From an uncultured Eubacteriales bacterium (GTDB taxonomy: Bacteria > Bacillota > Clostridia > RGIG6154): DNA of 64,000 nucleotides. The notes beneath the pieces were generated by a model. That model ran no database searches. It was not told the origin of the DNA and saw only the letters and a program-made list of their open reading frames with translations. Positions 48,201 to 57,313 of the stretch are shown here, piece after piece (positions within the stretch are counted from its first letter, which is position 1; every line of letters starts with the position of its first letter). The stretch spans positions 5,729-69,728 of the forward strand of contig CAZBJD010000001.1 in the NCBI GenBank assembly GCA_964492155.1, given 5' to 3'. A program made the position numbers and the translations under genes.

Positions 48201-49475
48201 ATGATTATGAATAAGTATTTTCACTCTGTTACTTTGGATAAGGACTTATGCAAAGGATGTACTAATTGTCTGAAACATTGTCCAACTGAAGCGATTAGAA
48301 TCAGGAATTCTAAAGCTAAAATTATAAAGGAACGTTGTATAGATTGCGGTGAGTGTATCCGCATTTGTCCATATCATGCTAAGAAGGCGATTACTGATGA
48401 GTATGATAAGATTTTTGATTATAAATACAAAATTGCTTTGCCTGCACCGGCTTTTTACGCTCAATACAATGAAATTAATATTGAAATTTTACTTTATGCT
48501 CTTGAACTTCTTGGGTTCGACGAAGTCAGGGAGGTTACACTCGGTGCAGACATTATTTCTTCCAAAACGAATGATTTATTGGCTAAAGACAGTTCTGTTA
48601 AGCCGCTGATAAGTTCATCATGTCCGGCAATCGTCAGACTTATCAAAATACGATTTCCAAGTTTAATTGATAATATTTTGCCACTGCAAAGTCCTTTAGA
48701 CATTGTTGCCAAAAAGGCAAAATTTGAAAGTGCTGAACGGCTTAAACTTGCCCCTGGCGATGTTGGAGTTTTTTTCATTTCGCCATGTGCCGCAAAAGTT
48801 ACTAGTTGTAAAGCTCCGATTGGCATTTCCGAATCTTATGTAGACGGGGTTATTTCTATCGCCGACATTGTTCGTGAAATCGCACCTTTTTATTCAAAAT
48901 TAACAACAAGTTCTCATTCTACAATTTCAACCTCGTCGGGGATTGGCTGGGCAAAAAGCGGGGGTGAAAGTCAAAAACTTAGCTCATATAACAGTATTGC
49001 AGTTGATGGCGTAAAGAACGTTATCAAAGTTCTCGAAGATTTAGAGGATGATAAAATTGTCGACATTGACTTCATAGAATGTTGTGCGTGTACCGGAGGA
49101 TGTGTTGGTGGACCATTGACTGTAAATAATACATACGTTGCCCAGGCAAATATAAAGAAACTTATGAAAAAATACGAACGTACGCCATATATTGATGATG
49201 TTAATATTGATGATATTTCGCTTACATCACAAATCGAATGTGAACCAATTTTAAAATTGAGTTCTAACATGGCGGAGTCAATAAAAATGATGGATGAGAT
49301 CGACAAACTTATAGATAAACTTCCAGGGCTTGATTGTGGCTCTTGCGGAGCACCGTCATGTACGGCTTTGGCTGAAGATGGAGTTAAAGGTTTTGCCAAA
49401 GAATCAGACTGTATATTTATTTATAAGGAAAAATTAAAATTTATAATGAACGAAATGAATCATCTTGAAGAATAA
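48201..49475 (+). CDS. [FeFe]-hydrogenase-like protein with altered H-cluster motifs. Putative sensory or regulatory.
   Basis: Two CxxCxxCxxxCP motifs. H-domain L1 SSSCP, L2 SPCAAK and L3 ECCACTGGCVGG. C-terminal CGSCGAPSC. Confidence 0.7.
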   Translation: MIMNKYFHSVTLDKDLCKGCTNCLKHCPTEAIRIRNSKAKIIKERCIDCGECIRICPYHAKKAITDEYDKIFDYKYKIALPAPAFYAQYNEINIEILLYALELLGFDEVREVTLGADIISSKTNDLLAKDSSVKPLISSSCPAIVRLIKIRFPSLIDNILPLQSPLDIVAKKAKFESAERLKLAPGDVGVFFISPCAAKVTSCKAPIGISESYVDGVISIADIVREIAPFYSKLTTSSHSTISTSSGIGWAKSGGESQKLSSYNSIAVDGVKNVIKVLEDLEDDKIVDIDFIECCACTGGCVGGPLTVNNTYVAQANIKKLMKKYERTPYIDDVNIDDISLTSQIECEPILKLSSNMAESIKMMDEIDKLIDKLPGLDCGSCGAPSCTALAEDGVKGFAKESDCIFIYKEKLKFIMNEMNHLEE

Positions 49476-49488
49476 GGGAGTATAGCGT

Positions 49489-49818
49489 ATGCTTGTTAAA
49501 GATATTATTGAAAAGCTTGGTGCACAGATTGTTAATGAAGGTGATTTACTGCAACGTGATATTACCGGATGTTACATAGGCGATCTGCTCAGTTGGGTTA
49601 TGGCAAATGCCAGAGAAGGTGATATTTGGCTTACAATTATGTCGAATGTCAATGTTGTTGCTGTTGCAACACTCACTGATATATCTTGTGTTTTAATGTG
49701 CGAAAACGTCGTGCCTGATGAAGATTGTCTTATTCGTGCCAGGGAACAGGGGATTACAATTTTAAAAACTCCGTTATCTGCATATCAGGCTGCGGTTATA
49801 CTTGGTAATATATTATGA
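49489..49818 (+). CDS. Second small DRTGG-like protein.
   Basis: 109 aa. Overlaps the PHP gene start (ATGA). Confidence 0.45.
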   Translation: MLVKDIIEKLGAQIVNEGDLLQRDITGCYIGDLLSWVMANAREGDIWLTIMSNVNVVAVATLTDISCVLMCENVVPDEDCLIRAREQGITILKTPLSAYQAAVILGNIL

Positions 49819-50507
49819 AACTTTATTATGATTTACATATACATTCTGCGTTGTCCCCCTGCGGAGATAACGATATGACACCTAACAACATTGTCAATAT
49901 GTCCATTCTCAAAGGGTTGGATGTTATTGCTGTTTCTGACCACAACAGTATTAAAAATTTGCACGCTGTTTTTGAGGTTGCAAAAAACACCAACTTAATT
50001 GTAATTCCCGCTATGGAAATTGAAACTTCAGAAAATGTGCATATGTTAACTTTATTTCGAGATATGGATGCTGCAGAAAATGCTTATAACAGGATATATA
50101 CATTGCTGCCGGATATTAAAAACGAAAAAGAAATATTCGGTGAACAGCTTGTTATTAACTCAAAGGATGAAATTGTCGATTACGAAGAAAAGCTTTTGGT
50201 TAATTCAGCCAATATTGATATTGCTGAATTAGTCGAGTTAGTAAATAGTGTTGACGGTGTGGTAATACCTGCTCACGTCGACAGAAGTTCTTATAGCATA
50301 TTATCAAATCTCGGCACCGTTCCTGACCTGGGATTTAGACGCATAGAACTGTCGAAAAATGCTGATGAGAAAATGTACGAATATCTTGGCTATGAGTTTA
50401 TAAGAAATTCAGACGCACACTATTTGTATGACATTTTTGAGGCTGAAAACTATTTGGAATGTACGGAAAAATCAATAAATTCGTTTTTTGACGCTATTTT
50501 AAAATGA
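49815..50507 (+). CDS. PHP-domain phosphoesterase.
   Basis: YYDLHIHSALSPCGD…VIAVSDHN PHP motifs. Confidence 0.7.
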   Translation: MKLYYDLHIHSALSPCGDNDMTPNNIVNMSILKGLDVIAVSDHNSIKNLHAVFEVAKNTNLIVIPAMEIETSENVHMLTLFRDMDAAENAYNRIYTLLPDIKNEKEIFGEQLVINSKDEIVDYEEKLLVNSANIDIAELVELVNSVDGVVIPAHVDRSSYSILSNLGTVPDLGFRRIELSKNADEKMYEYLGYEFIRNSDAHYLYDIFEAENYLECTEKSINSFFDAILK

Positions 50508-50535
50508 TAAAAACATTATATTTTTGCTTTTTGTA

Positions 50536-50561
50536 GATTTTTGAATAATTATGTGATATAA
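50536..50561 (+). promoter_or_regulatory. Extended -10 promoter for the hydrogenase operon.
   Basis: TGaTATAAT (50553-50561) with a weak -35. Confidence 0.35.
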
Positions 50562-50606
50562 TCTAGCTTAGACAATTATGTAAATATAATTTAAGGAGGC
50601 ATAAAG

Positions 50607-51101
50607 ATGTCAGATAAAAAACTACCTGCTTTTCAGGGGACTAAAGAGCAGGAAGCACAGCTTATGGAGGTTATTAATAAACATAAGCAGTCTAAGGGAG
50701 CCCTTATCCCGGTTTTACATGAAGCTCAGGAAATATATGGATATCTTCCGATTGAGGTTCAAACAATCATTGCAGAGGAACTGGATTTGCCGCTTGCAGA
50801 AGTATATGGTGTTGTTACATTTTATACTCAGTTCTCGCTTTATCCGAAGGGACAGTACAAAATTGCTGTCTGTCTTGGAACAGCATGCTATGTAAAAGGT
50901 TCAGGCGATCTCTTGGATAAAATCAAAGAAATCCTTAGAATTGACGTAGGGGAATGTACTCCTGACGGTAAATTTTCACTTGAAGCTACTCGCTGTATTG
51001 GTGCATGCGGCTTAGCTCCTGTATTAACTGTAAATGATGATGTTTATGGCAGACTTGTTGTTGATGATATTCCGGGCATTATTGAAAAGTATCAGAATTA
51101 A
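50607..51101 (+). CDS. hydC: NuoE-like [2Fe-2S] subunit of the bifurcating hydrogenase.
   Basis: Thioredoxin-like fold with the conserved Cys pattern (…CLGTACYVKG…CIGACGLAP…). Confidence 0.85.
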   Translation: MSDKKLPAFQGTKEQEAQLMEVINKHKQSKGALIPVLHEAQEIYGYLPIEVQTIIAEELDLPLAEVYGVVTFYTQFSLYPKGQYKIAVCLGTACYVKGSGDLLDKIKEILRIDVGECTPDGKFSLEATRCIGACGLAPVLTVNDDVYGRLVVDDIPGIIEKYQN

Positions 51102-51106
51102 TTAAA

Positions 51107-51649
51107 ATGAAAGAATTATCATTAAATATACTTGATATTGCGGAGAATTCTATAGCTGCTAATGCTACAATTGTCGAAATCAAGATATCCGAACAAGTGT
51201 CCGAAAACTTGCTTGTTATTACTATTTCAGATAACGGCAAAGGTATGAGTGAAGATTTCTTAAAAAACGTTACCGATCCTTTTTCCACCACCAGAAACAC
51301 AAGAAAAGTGGGAATGGGGATATCTTTGTTAAAACTCATAACTGAACAGTCCAACGGTACATTTAGTATATCGTCAAAAGTCGGTGAGGGGACTTGTGTT
51401 AAAGCTATGTTTCAATATAATCACATTGACAGACCTCCGCTCGGAAATATTGAACAAACAATATCTACGCTTGTTTCTTGTAATTTAAATGTTAATTTTG
51501 TTTATGAACACACTTTCAATGACAAAAAATTCACAATGAACACCAAAGAAATCGATGAAATTCTCCGGGGTATACCGCCTAATAATCCGGATGTTATATT
51601 GTGGATGCAAAGTTATATCAGGGAAGGAATTGATAGTATTTCTTTCTGA
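51107..51649 (+). CDS. Histidine-kinase-like ATPase (HATPase_c only) embedded in the hydrogenase operon.
   Basis: …ITISDNGKGM…GMGISLL… G-boxes with no phospho-acceptor domain. Confidence 0.7.
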   Translation: MKELSLNILDIAENSIAANATIVEIKISEQVSENLLVITISDNGKGMSEDFLKNVTDPFSTTRNTRKVGMGISLLKLITEQSNGTFSISSKVGEGTCVKAMFQYNHIDRPPLGNIEQTISTLVSCNLNVNFVYEHTFNDKKFTMNTKEIDEILRGIPPNNPDVILWMQSYIREGIDSISF

Positions 51650-51710
51650 AACCAATTTGTTAAATATTATTATGCTGAATGTTTTCGTTCGGCAAGATAG
51701 GAGTTTAAAT

Positions 51711-52082
51711 ATGAAAAGTTTAGCAGATTTAGAAGCGATTAGACAAAAAACAATAAATAGGGTTAATTTAAGAAATGAATCTGAAGACAGCACACGTATC
51801 GTCGTTGGTATGGCAACTTGCGGTATAGCTGCAGGTGCACGTCCTGTTATGCAGGCTTTTGTTGAAGAAATTAACAAAAGAAACTTATCAGACACATATG
51901 TAGCTCAGACAGGTTGCATTGGTCTTTGCAAGTACGAACCTATTGTTGAAGTATACACTTCTGGCAAAGAAAAAGTTACTTATGTTAAAGTAACTCCGGA
52001 AAAAGTAGCTAAAATCGTTGCAGAACATATTGTTAATGGTAAAGTTGTTGACGAATACACTATTGGCGCTGCTGAAAAGTAA
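51711..52082 (+). CDS. Thioredoxin-like [2Fe-2S] ferredoxin (HydD-like).
   Basis: Start at MKSLADL after AGGAG (ORF-track start 51555). …MATCGIAAGA…GCIGLCKYEP…. Confidence 0.7.
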   Translation: MKSLADLEAIRQKTINRVNLRNESEDSTRIVVGMATCGIAAGARPVMQAFVEEINKRNLSDTYVAQTGCIGLCKYEPIVEVYTSGKEKVTYVKVTPEKVAKIVAEHIVNGKVVDEYTIGAAEK

Positions 52083-52124
52083 TTTTACATAACGCTATTG
52101 GTGTGTTGAAATGGAGGAAAGAAA

Positions 52125-53915
52125 ATGGAACTTGTAAGATCTCATGTTTTGGTTTGCGGTGGTACCGGTTGTACATCTTCCGGATCTACACAAATCATTG
52201 ATGAATTTGAAAAACAACTTAAAAATTTTAATATTGATAACGAAGTTAAAGTTGTTAAAACTGGTTGCTTTGGTTTGTGTGCTTTAGGACCGATTGTTAT
52301 CATATATCCTGAAGGTTCATTTTATAGCATGGTTAAAACCGAAGATGTTGCTGAAATTGTTGAACAGCACTTACTTAAAGGTAAAATTGTTAAGAGATTG
52401 CTTTATAAAGAGACTATTGAAGAAGATAATATCAAGTCTCTTAATGAAGTTGATTTCTATAAAAAACAACTTCGTGTTGCTTTGAGAAATTGCGGTGTAA
52501 TTAATCCGGAAGATATTGATGAATATATTGCACAAGACGGTTATAAAGCACTTGGTAAGGTTCTTACCGAAATGACACCGGAAGAAGTTATTAATGTTGT
52601 AAAGGAATCCGGTTTGCGTGGCCGTGGAGGCGGTGGTTTCCCCACAGGTGTTAAATGGAGTTTTGCTGCACAACAAGTTAATGAACAAAAATATGTTCTT
52701 TGTAATGCCGACGAAGGTGACCCGGGTGCATTTATGGATAGATCTATTCTCGAAGGTGACCCTCACAGCTTAATTGAAGCTATGTCGATAGCAGGTTATG
52801 CAATTGGTGCTAATCAGGGTTATGTATACGTAAGAGCTGAATATCCGATCGCTGTGCACAGACTCAATGTTGCAATAAAGCAGGCTAGAGAATACGGTTT
52901 ACTTGGTAATAACATCTTTGGAACTGATTTTTCATTTGATCTTGAAATCCGTCTTGGTGCCGGTGCGTTTGTTTGTGGTGAAGAAACTGCTCTTATCACT
53001 TCTATTGAAGGACATAGAGGTGAACCTAGACCAAGACCGCCATTCCCGGCAGTTAAAGGTCTTTGGGGCAAGCCTTCAATTCTTAATAACGTTGAAACTT
53101 ATGCAAATATTCCTGTTATCTTCCTTAAAGGGGTAGATTGGTTTACTTCTATCGGTACAGAAAAGAGCAAAGGAACTAAAGTATTTGCCTTAGGTGGTAA
53201 GATTAACAATACCGGTTTGGTTGAAGTGCCAATGGGCACAACTTTAAGAGAAGTTGTATACGAAATTGGCGGTGGAATTCCTAACGGAAAGAAATTCAAA
53301 GCTGCTCAGACCGGCGGTCCCTCAGGCGGATGTATCCCTGCTGAACTAATCGATACACCTATCGATTATGATTCACTTATCAGCATTGGTTCTATGATGG
53401 GTTCAGGCGGACTTATCGTAATGGATGAAGATACCTGTATGGTTGATATTGCAAAATTCTTCCTTGAATTTACTGTTGATGAATCATGCGGTAAATGTGT
53501 TCCTTGTCGTATTGGTACAAAGAGAATGCTTGAAATTCTTACTAAAATTACTAACGGACAAGGTACTCTTGAAGATATCGATAAGTTGGAACAACTTTGT
53601 CTTTCAGTTAAGAGCAGTGCATTGTGCGGTCTTGGTCAGACAGCTCCAAACCCAATTTTAAGCACACTCAAATACTTCAGACATGAATATGAAGAACACG
53701 TTGTTGAGAAGAAATGCCGTGCAGGCGTTTGTAAGGCACTTCTCAGCTATGTAATTGATGCTGATAAATGTATTGGTTGCGGAATTTGTGCAAGAAATTG
53801 TCCTGTTTCTGCAATCACAGGAAAAATTAAAGAACCGTTTGTTATTGATACTGCTAAGTGCGTAAAATGCGGTCTTTGTGAAACAAAATGTCCTAAAAAG
53901 GCAATCAGCAAATAA
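52125..53915 (+). CDS. hydB: NuoF-like NADH/FMN-binding subunit with N-terminal and C-terminal Fe-S domains.
   Basis: GRGGGGFPTGVKW FMN site, NADH site, and C-terminal 2x[4Fe-4S] CxxCxxCxxxCP. Confidence 0.9.
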   Translation: MELVRSHVLVCGGTGCTSSGSTQIIDEFEKQLKNFNIDNEVKVVKTGCFGLCALGPIVIIYPEGSFYSMVKTEDVAEIVEQHLLKGKIVKRLLYKETIEEDNIKSLNEVDFYKKQLRVALRNCGVINPEDIDEYIAQDGYKALGKVLTEMTPEEVINVVKESGLRGRGGGGFPTGVKWSFAAQQVNEQKYVLCNADEGDPGAFMDRSILEGDPHSLIEAMSIAGYAIGANQGYVYVRAEYPIAVHRLNVAIKQAREYGLLGNNIFGTDFSFDLEIRLGAGAFVCGEETALITSIEGHRGEPRPRPPFPAVKGLWGKPSILNNVETYANIPVIFLKGVDWFTSIGTEKSKGTKVFALGGKINNTGLVEVPMGTTLREVVYEIGGGIPNGKKFKAAQTGGPSGGCIPAELIDTPIDYDSLISIGSMMGSGGLIVMDEDTCMVDIAKFFLEFTVDESCGKCVPCRIGTKRMLEILTKITNGQGTLEDIDKLEQLCLSVKSSALCGLGQTAPNPILSTLKYFRHEYEEHVVEKKCRAGVCKALLSYVIDADKCIGCGICARNCPVSAITGKIKEPFVIDTAKCVKCGLCETKCPKKAISK

Positions 53916-53931
53916 AGGAGGTAAGTTGATA

Positions 53932-55671
53932 ATGGAAAATGTTACTCTTAAAATTAATAATATAGAAGTCACAGTTCCTGCTGACTATACAATTTTACAG
54001 GCAGCAAGAAGCGCGAATATCGACATCCCTACGCTTTGCTACCTTGAAGGATTAAACAAACTCGGTTCTTGTCGTTTGTGCGTTGTTGAAATTAAAGGTG
54101 CAAGAGCTCTTCAGGCAGCTTGCGTATATCCAGTAGCAGAGGGAATAGAAGTATTCACAAATACTCCTGCTGTACGAAAAGCAAGAAAAGCTAATTTAGA
54201 GCTTATTCTTTCAAATCATGACAGAAAATGTCTCACTTGTACCAGAAACAGAAATTGTGAACTTCAGGCATTGGCTGATGAATTTGGCATTGAAGATTTA
54301 GGATTTACAGGTGAAAATGATCCGAAGCTTCCTATCGAAGATTCTTCAACATCATACATTCGCGATAACAACAAATGCGTGCTTTGCAGACGTTGTGTTG
54401 CAGCTTGTGATAATCAGGCAGTTTCAGTTATTTCATGCATAAACAGAGGTTTTGCAACAACTGTTGGTACTGCTTTTGAAAAACCTGTTTCAGAAGTTGC
54501 ATGTATTTTCTGCGGACAGTGTATCAATGCTTGTCCCACAGGTGCTTTAACAGAAAAAAGTCATATTCCTCAGGTTTTGGAAGCCATTGATAATGCTGAA
54601 AAACATGTTGTTGTGCAGACTGCTCCGGCAGTTCGTGCAGCTCTTGGCGAGGAGTTCGGATTACCGATGGGTACCCCTGTTACAGGTAAAATGGTAACCG
54701 CTCTCAAGATTCTTGGTTTTGATAAAGTTTTCGACACAGACACTGCTGCTGACCTTACAATTATGGAAGAGGGAACAGAGTTTATTGAAAGATTTACTAA
54801 ACAGGAAAAATTACCGCTTATTACTTCATGCAGCCCCGGTTGGGTCAAGTATTGCGAACACTTTTTCCCAGAATTTACTGACAATCTTTCTTCAGCAAAA
54901 TCACCTATGGAAATGTTTGGCGCTGTAATCAAATCATATTATGCCGAAAAGAATAATATTGACAAAAAAGATATTTATTCTGTTGCAGTTATGCCATGTA
55001 CTTCTAAGAAATACGAAATTCAGAGAGAAGAAATGTCAAGCAGTGGTGCAGCTGATATTGATGCTTCACTTACAACACGTGAGCTTGCCAGAATGATTAA
55101 ACAGGCAGGTATCAATTTTGCCGATCTTCCTGATTCGGAATTTGACGATCCATTTGGCAATGCTACAGGTGCCGGAGTAATTTTTGGTGCTACTGGTGGT
55201 GTTATGGAAGCTGCAATCAGAACCGTTTACGAAGTTTTGGAAGGCAAATCGCTTGAAAATCTTGAACTTGCTCCAATTCGTGGAATGGACGGAATTAAAG
55301 AAGCAACTCTTACTATAAAAGGTAATGATGTTAAGATTGCTGTAGTTCATGGCACAAAAAATGCAAAAGAATTGCTTACAAAGATTAAAGCAGGTGAAGC
55401 AAAATATGATTTCATTGAAATTATGGCTTGCCCGGGCGGTTGTGTAAATGGTGGCGGTCAGCCAATTGTTCCCGCCAAAGAACAAGCTTTAATTGATGTT
55501 AGGGTAGAGAGAGCAAAAGCACTTTATGCCGAAGACAGAAATTCTGCATTGAGAAAATCTCACGAAAATCCTGCAATCAAGAAGCTTTATGAAGAATACT
55601 TTGAAAAACCATGTTCACATAAAGCTCATGAACTTTTGCATACTCATTATACAAAGAGAAGCAAATATTAA
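53932..55671 (+). CDS. hydA: [FeFe]-hydrogenase catalytic subunit, with a NuoG-like N-terminal region.
   Basis: L2 MPCTSKKYE, L3 EIMACPGGCVNGGGQP, L1 reads TSCSPGW. Start at MENVTL (ORF-track start 53878). Confidence 0.9.
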   Translation: MENVTLKINNIEVTVPADYTILQAARSANIDIPTLCYLEGLNKLGSCRLCVVEIKGARALQAACVYPVAEGIEVFTNTPAVRKARKANLELILSNHDRKCLTCTRNRNCELQALADEFGIEDLGFTGENDPKLPIEDSSTSYIRDNNKCVLCRRCVAACDNQAVSVISCINRGFATTVGTAFEKPVSEVACIFCGQCINACPTGALTEKSHIPQVLEAIDNAEKHVVVQTAPAVRAALGEEFGLPMGTPVTGKMVTALKILGFDKVFDTDTAADLTIMEEGTEFIERFTKQEKLPLITSCSPGWVKYCEHFFPEFTDNLSSAKSPMEMFGAVIKSYYAEKNNIDKKDIYSVAVMPCTSKKYEIQREEMSSSGAADIDASLTTRELARMIKQAGINFADLPDSEFDDPFGNATGAGVIFGATGGVMEAAIRTVYEVLEGKSLENLELAPIRGMDGIKEATLTIKGNDVKIAVVHGTKNAKELLTKIKAGEAKYDFIEIMACPGGCVNGGGQPIVPAKEQALIDVRVERAKALYAEDRNSALRKSHENPAIKKLYEEYFEKPCSHKAHELLHTHYTKRSKY

Positions 55672-55679
55672 GATCAACA

Positions 55680-55736
55680 AATTCGGGCAGATACATAAAA
55701 ATCGGTGTTTGCCCGAATTTTTATGATTTTTTATAA
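55680..55736 (+). terminator. Intrinsic terminator of the hyd operon.
   Basis: aattcgggca/tgcccgaatt stem followed by a T-run. Confidence 0.6.
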
Positions 55737-55744
55737 AAAATGTA

Positions 55745-55773
55745 TTGATTTTTTGTATAAGTTGTGTTATAAT
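55745..55773 (+). promoter_or_regulatory. SigmaA promoter for rpmE.
   Basis: TTGATT - 17 nt - TGtTATAAT. Confidence 0.45.
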
Positions 55774-55805
55774 ATTCCTGTTATTTAATGAAAGAGGTGA
55801 AAATC

Positions 55806-56012
55806 ATGAAAGAAGGATTGCATCCTGATTATCAGACTGCTACTGTGAAATGCGCTTGTGGTGAAACATTTGAAACCAGATCTACTAAAAAAGATATTTC
55901 TATAGAAATTTGTTCAAAATGTCATCCGTTCTATACCGGTAAACAGAAGATTGTTGATGCTGGTGGACGTGTTGATAAATTCAGAAAGAAATTCAATTTG
56001 GAGTCTAAATAA
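55806..56012 (+). CDS. rpmE: 50S ribosomal protein L31.
   Basis: MKEGLHPDY…CxxC…C.KCHPFYTG. Start after GAGGTG (ORF-track start 55788). Confidence 0.9.
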   Translation: MKEGLHPDYQTATVKCACGETFETRSTKKDISIEICSKCHPFYTGKQKIVDAGGRVDKFRKKFNLESK

Positions 56013-56039
56013 TCCATTTCATTTTAAGTTGTAGCTATG

Positions 56040-56084
56040 CACCTGTTTGAAGTTTAATAACTTTAACAGGTGCTTTAAATTTAT
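56040..56084 (+). terminator. Intrinsic terminator after rpmE.
   Basis: gcacctgtt/aacaggtgc followed by a T-rich tail. Confidence 0.6.
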
Positions 56085-56155
56085 AGGGGATGACTTATTT
56101 TTAAACACGAAGTCGTCAATGTTTACAATTGTGTATTGTTAATAAGTCAAAATGT

Positions 56156-56207
56156 CCAACAGAAATTTTTTTGGCATAGATTTGATTGTTTTTAAAATTT
56201 CTGTTGG
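56156..56207. repeat. 14-bp perfect inverted repeat with a 24-nt spacer.
   Basis: ccaacagaaatttt … aaaatttctgttgg. Confidence 0.6.
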
Positions 56208-56268
56208 CTCCGACAGGGATTAATAATATAGTATATTTTTTATTCAGAATTTATGTGGGGTGTAGAGG

Positions 56269-56297
56269 TTGACATTTGATAAAATTTGTGATACAAT
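56269..56297 (+). promoter_or_regulatory. Near-consensus sigmaA promoter for the recombinase gene.
   Basis: TTGACA - 17 nt - TGaTACAAT. Confidence 0.5.
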
Positions 56298-56338
56298 TAT
56301 ACAAAATAAAAATTTTGTATAATTGAGGTGAGGGTTAA

Positions 56339-57310
56339 ATGGGGTTTAATATATCAGAACAACCATTGGTTTACAAAGAGTTTCTTATGTATATGCAAAC
56401 CATACGCGGTAAATCAATTGGTACAATTTCCGAATACGCATTAGATTTAAATATCTTTTTTAAATTTATGGTTCGTCATTTTGATACATCTGTATCATCT
56501 GAAATTGATGAAATTGACATCAGTAATCTTAACTACGATTTCGTAAAAAAAATTCAACTCACAGACATCTACGAATATCTTTCTTATATGAACACTGTCA
56601 GAAAAAATTCTGCTGCAACGCGTGCTCGCAAAGTTGCATGTTTGAGAAGCTATTTTAAGTATATGCATAGCAAAGCGAAATATATCAATGATAATCCAAC
56701 AAAAGAATTGGAATCTCCAAAGCTTAAGCAATCGCTGCCTAATTATCTGACTTTAGAGGAATCCAAAACTTTGTTGGAAACCGTTTTGAAAAACTCAAAT
56801 GGATATCGTGACTATGCGATTATTACCTTATTTCTCAATTGCGGAATGCGGTTGTCTGAGTTAGTTGGAATTAACTTGACTGATATTAAAAATGACACAT
56901 TAATTGTCACAGGTAAAGGCAACAAAGAACGAACAATATATTTAAACAACGCTTGCATTCAGGCAATCGCAAAATATTTAAAAGAGCGACCCGTGGATAA
57001 CGTTAAAGATAAAAATGCTTTATTTTTAAGTGCTCGTAACCAAAGAATAAGTAACAAGACTGTCCAGCATCTTGTAAAAAAATATTTACAGCTTGCAGGG
57101 CTTGATACAACACGCTTTTCTACTCACAAACTCAGACATACTGCAGCTACATTAATGTATCGTGAAGGAAATACCGATTTGCGGACACTGCAAGAAATCT
57201 TAGGTCATGAACACCTATCAACCACGCAGATATATACACATGTTAACGATCGGCAACAAAAAAATGCTATGGAAAATAACCCATTAGCAAATATAGTCAC
57301 AACTGAATAA
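56339..57310 (+). CDS. Tyrosine site-specific recombinase (XerC/XerD-like).
   Basis: Catalytic R…HKLRHTAAT…LGHEHLSTTQIYTHV (R-H-R-Y pattern). N-terminal SAM-like domain. Confidence 0.8.
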   Translation: MGFNISEQPLVYKEFLMYMQTIRGKSIGTISEYALDLNIFFKFMVRHFDTSVSSEIDEIDISNLNYDFVKKIQLTDIYEYLSYMNTVRKNSAATRARKVACLRSYFKYMHSKAKYINDNPTKELESPKLKQSLPNYLTLEESKTLLETVLKNSNGYRDYAIITLFLNCGMRLSELVGINLTDIKNDTLIVTGKGNKERTIYLNNACIQAIAKYLKERPVDNVKDKNALFLSARNQRISNKTVQHLVKKYLQLAGLDTTRFSTHKLRHTAATLMYREGNTDLRTLQEILGHEHLSTTQIYTHVNDRQQKNAMENNPLANIVTTE

Positions 57311-57313
57311 ATC

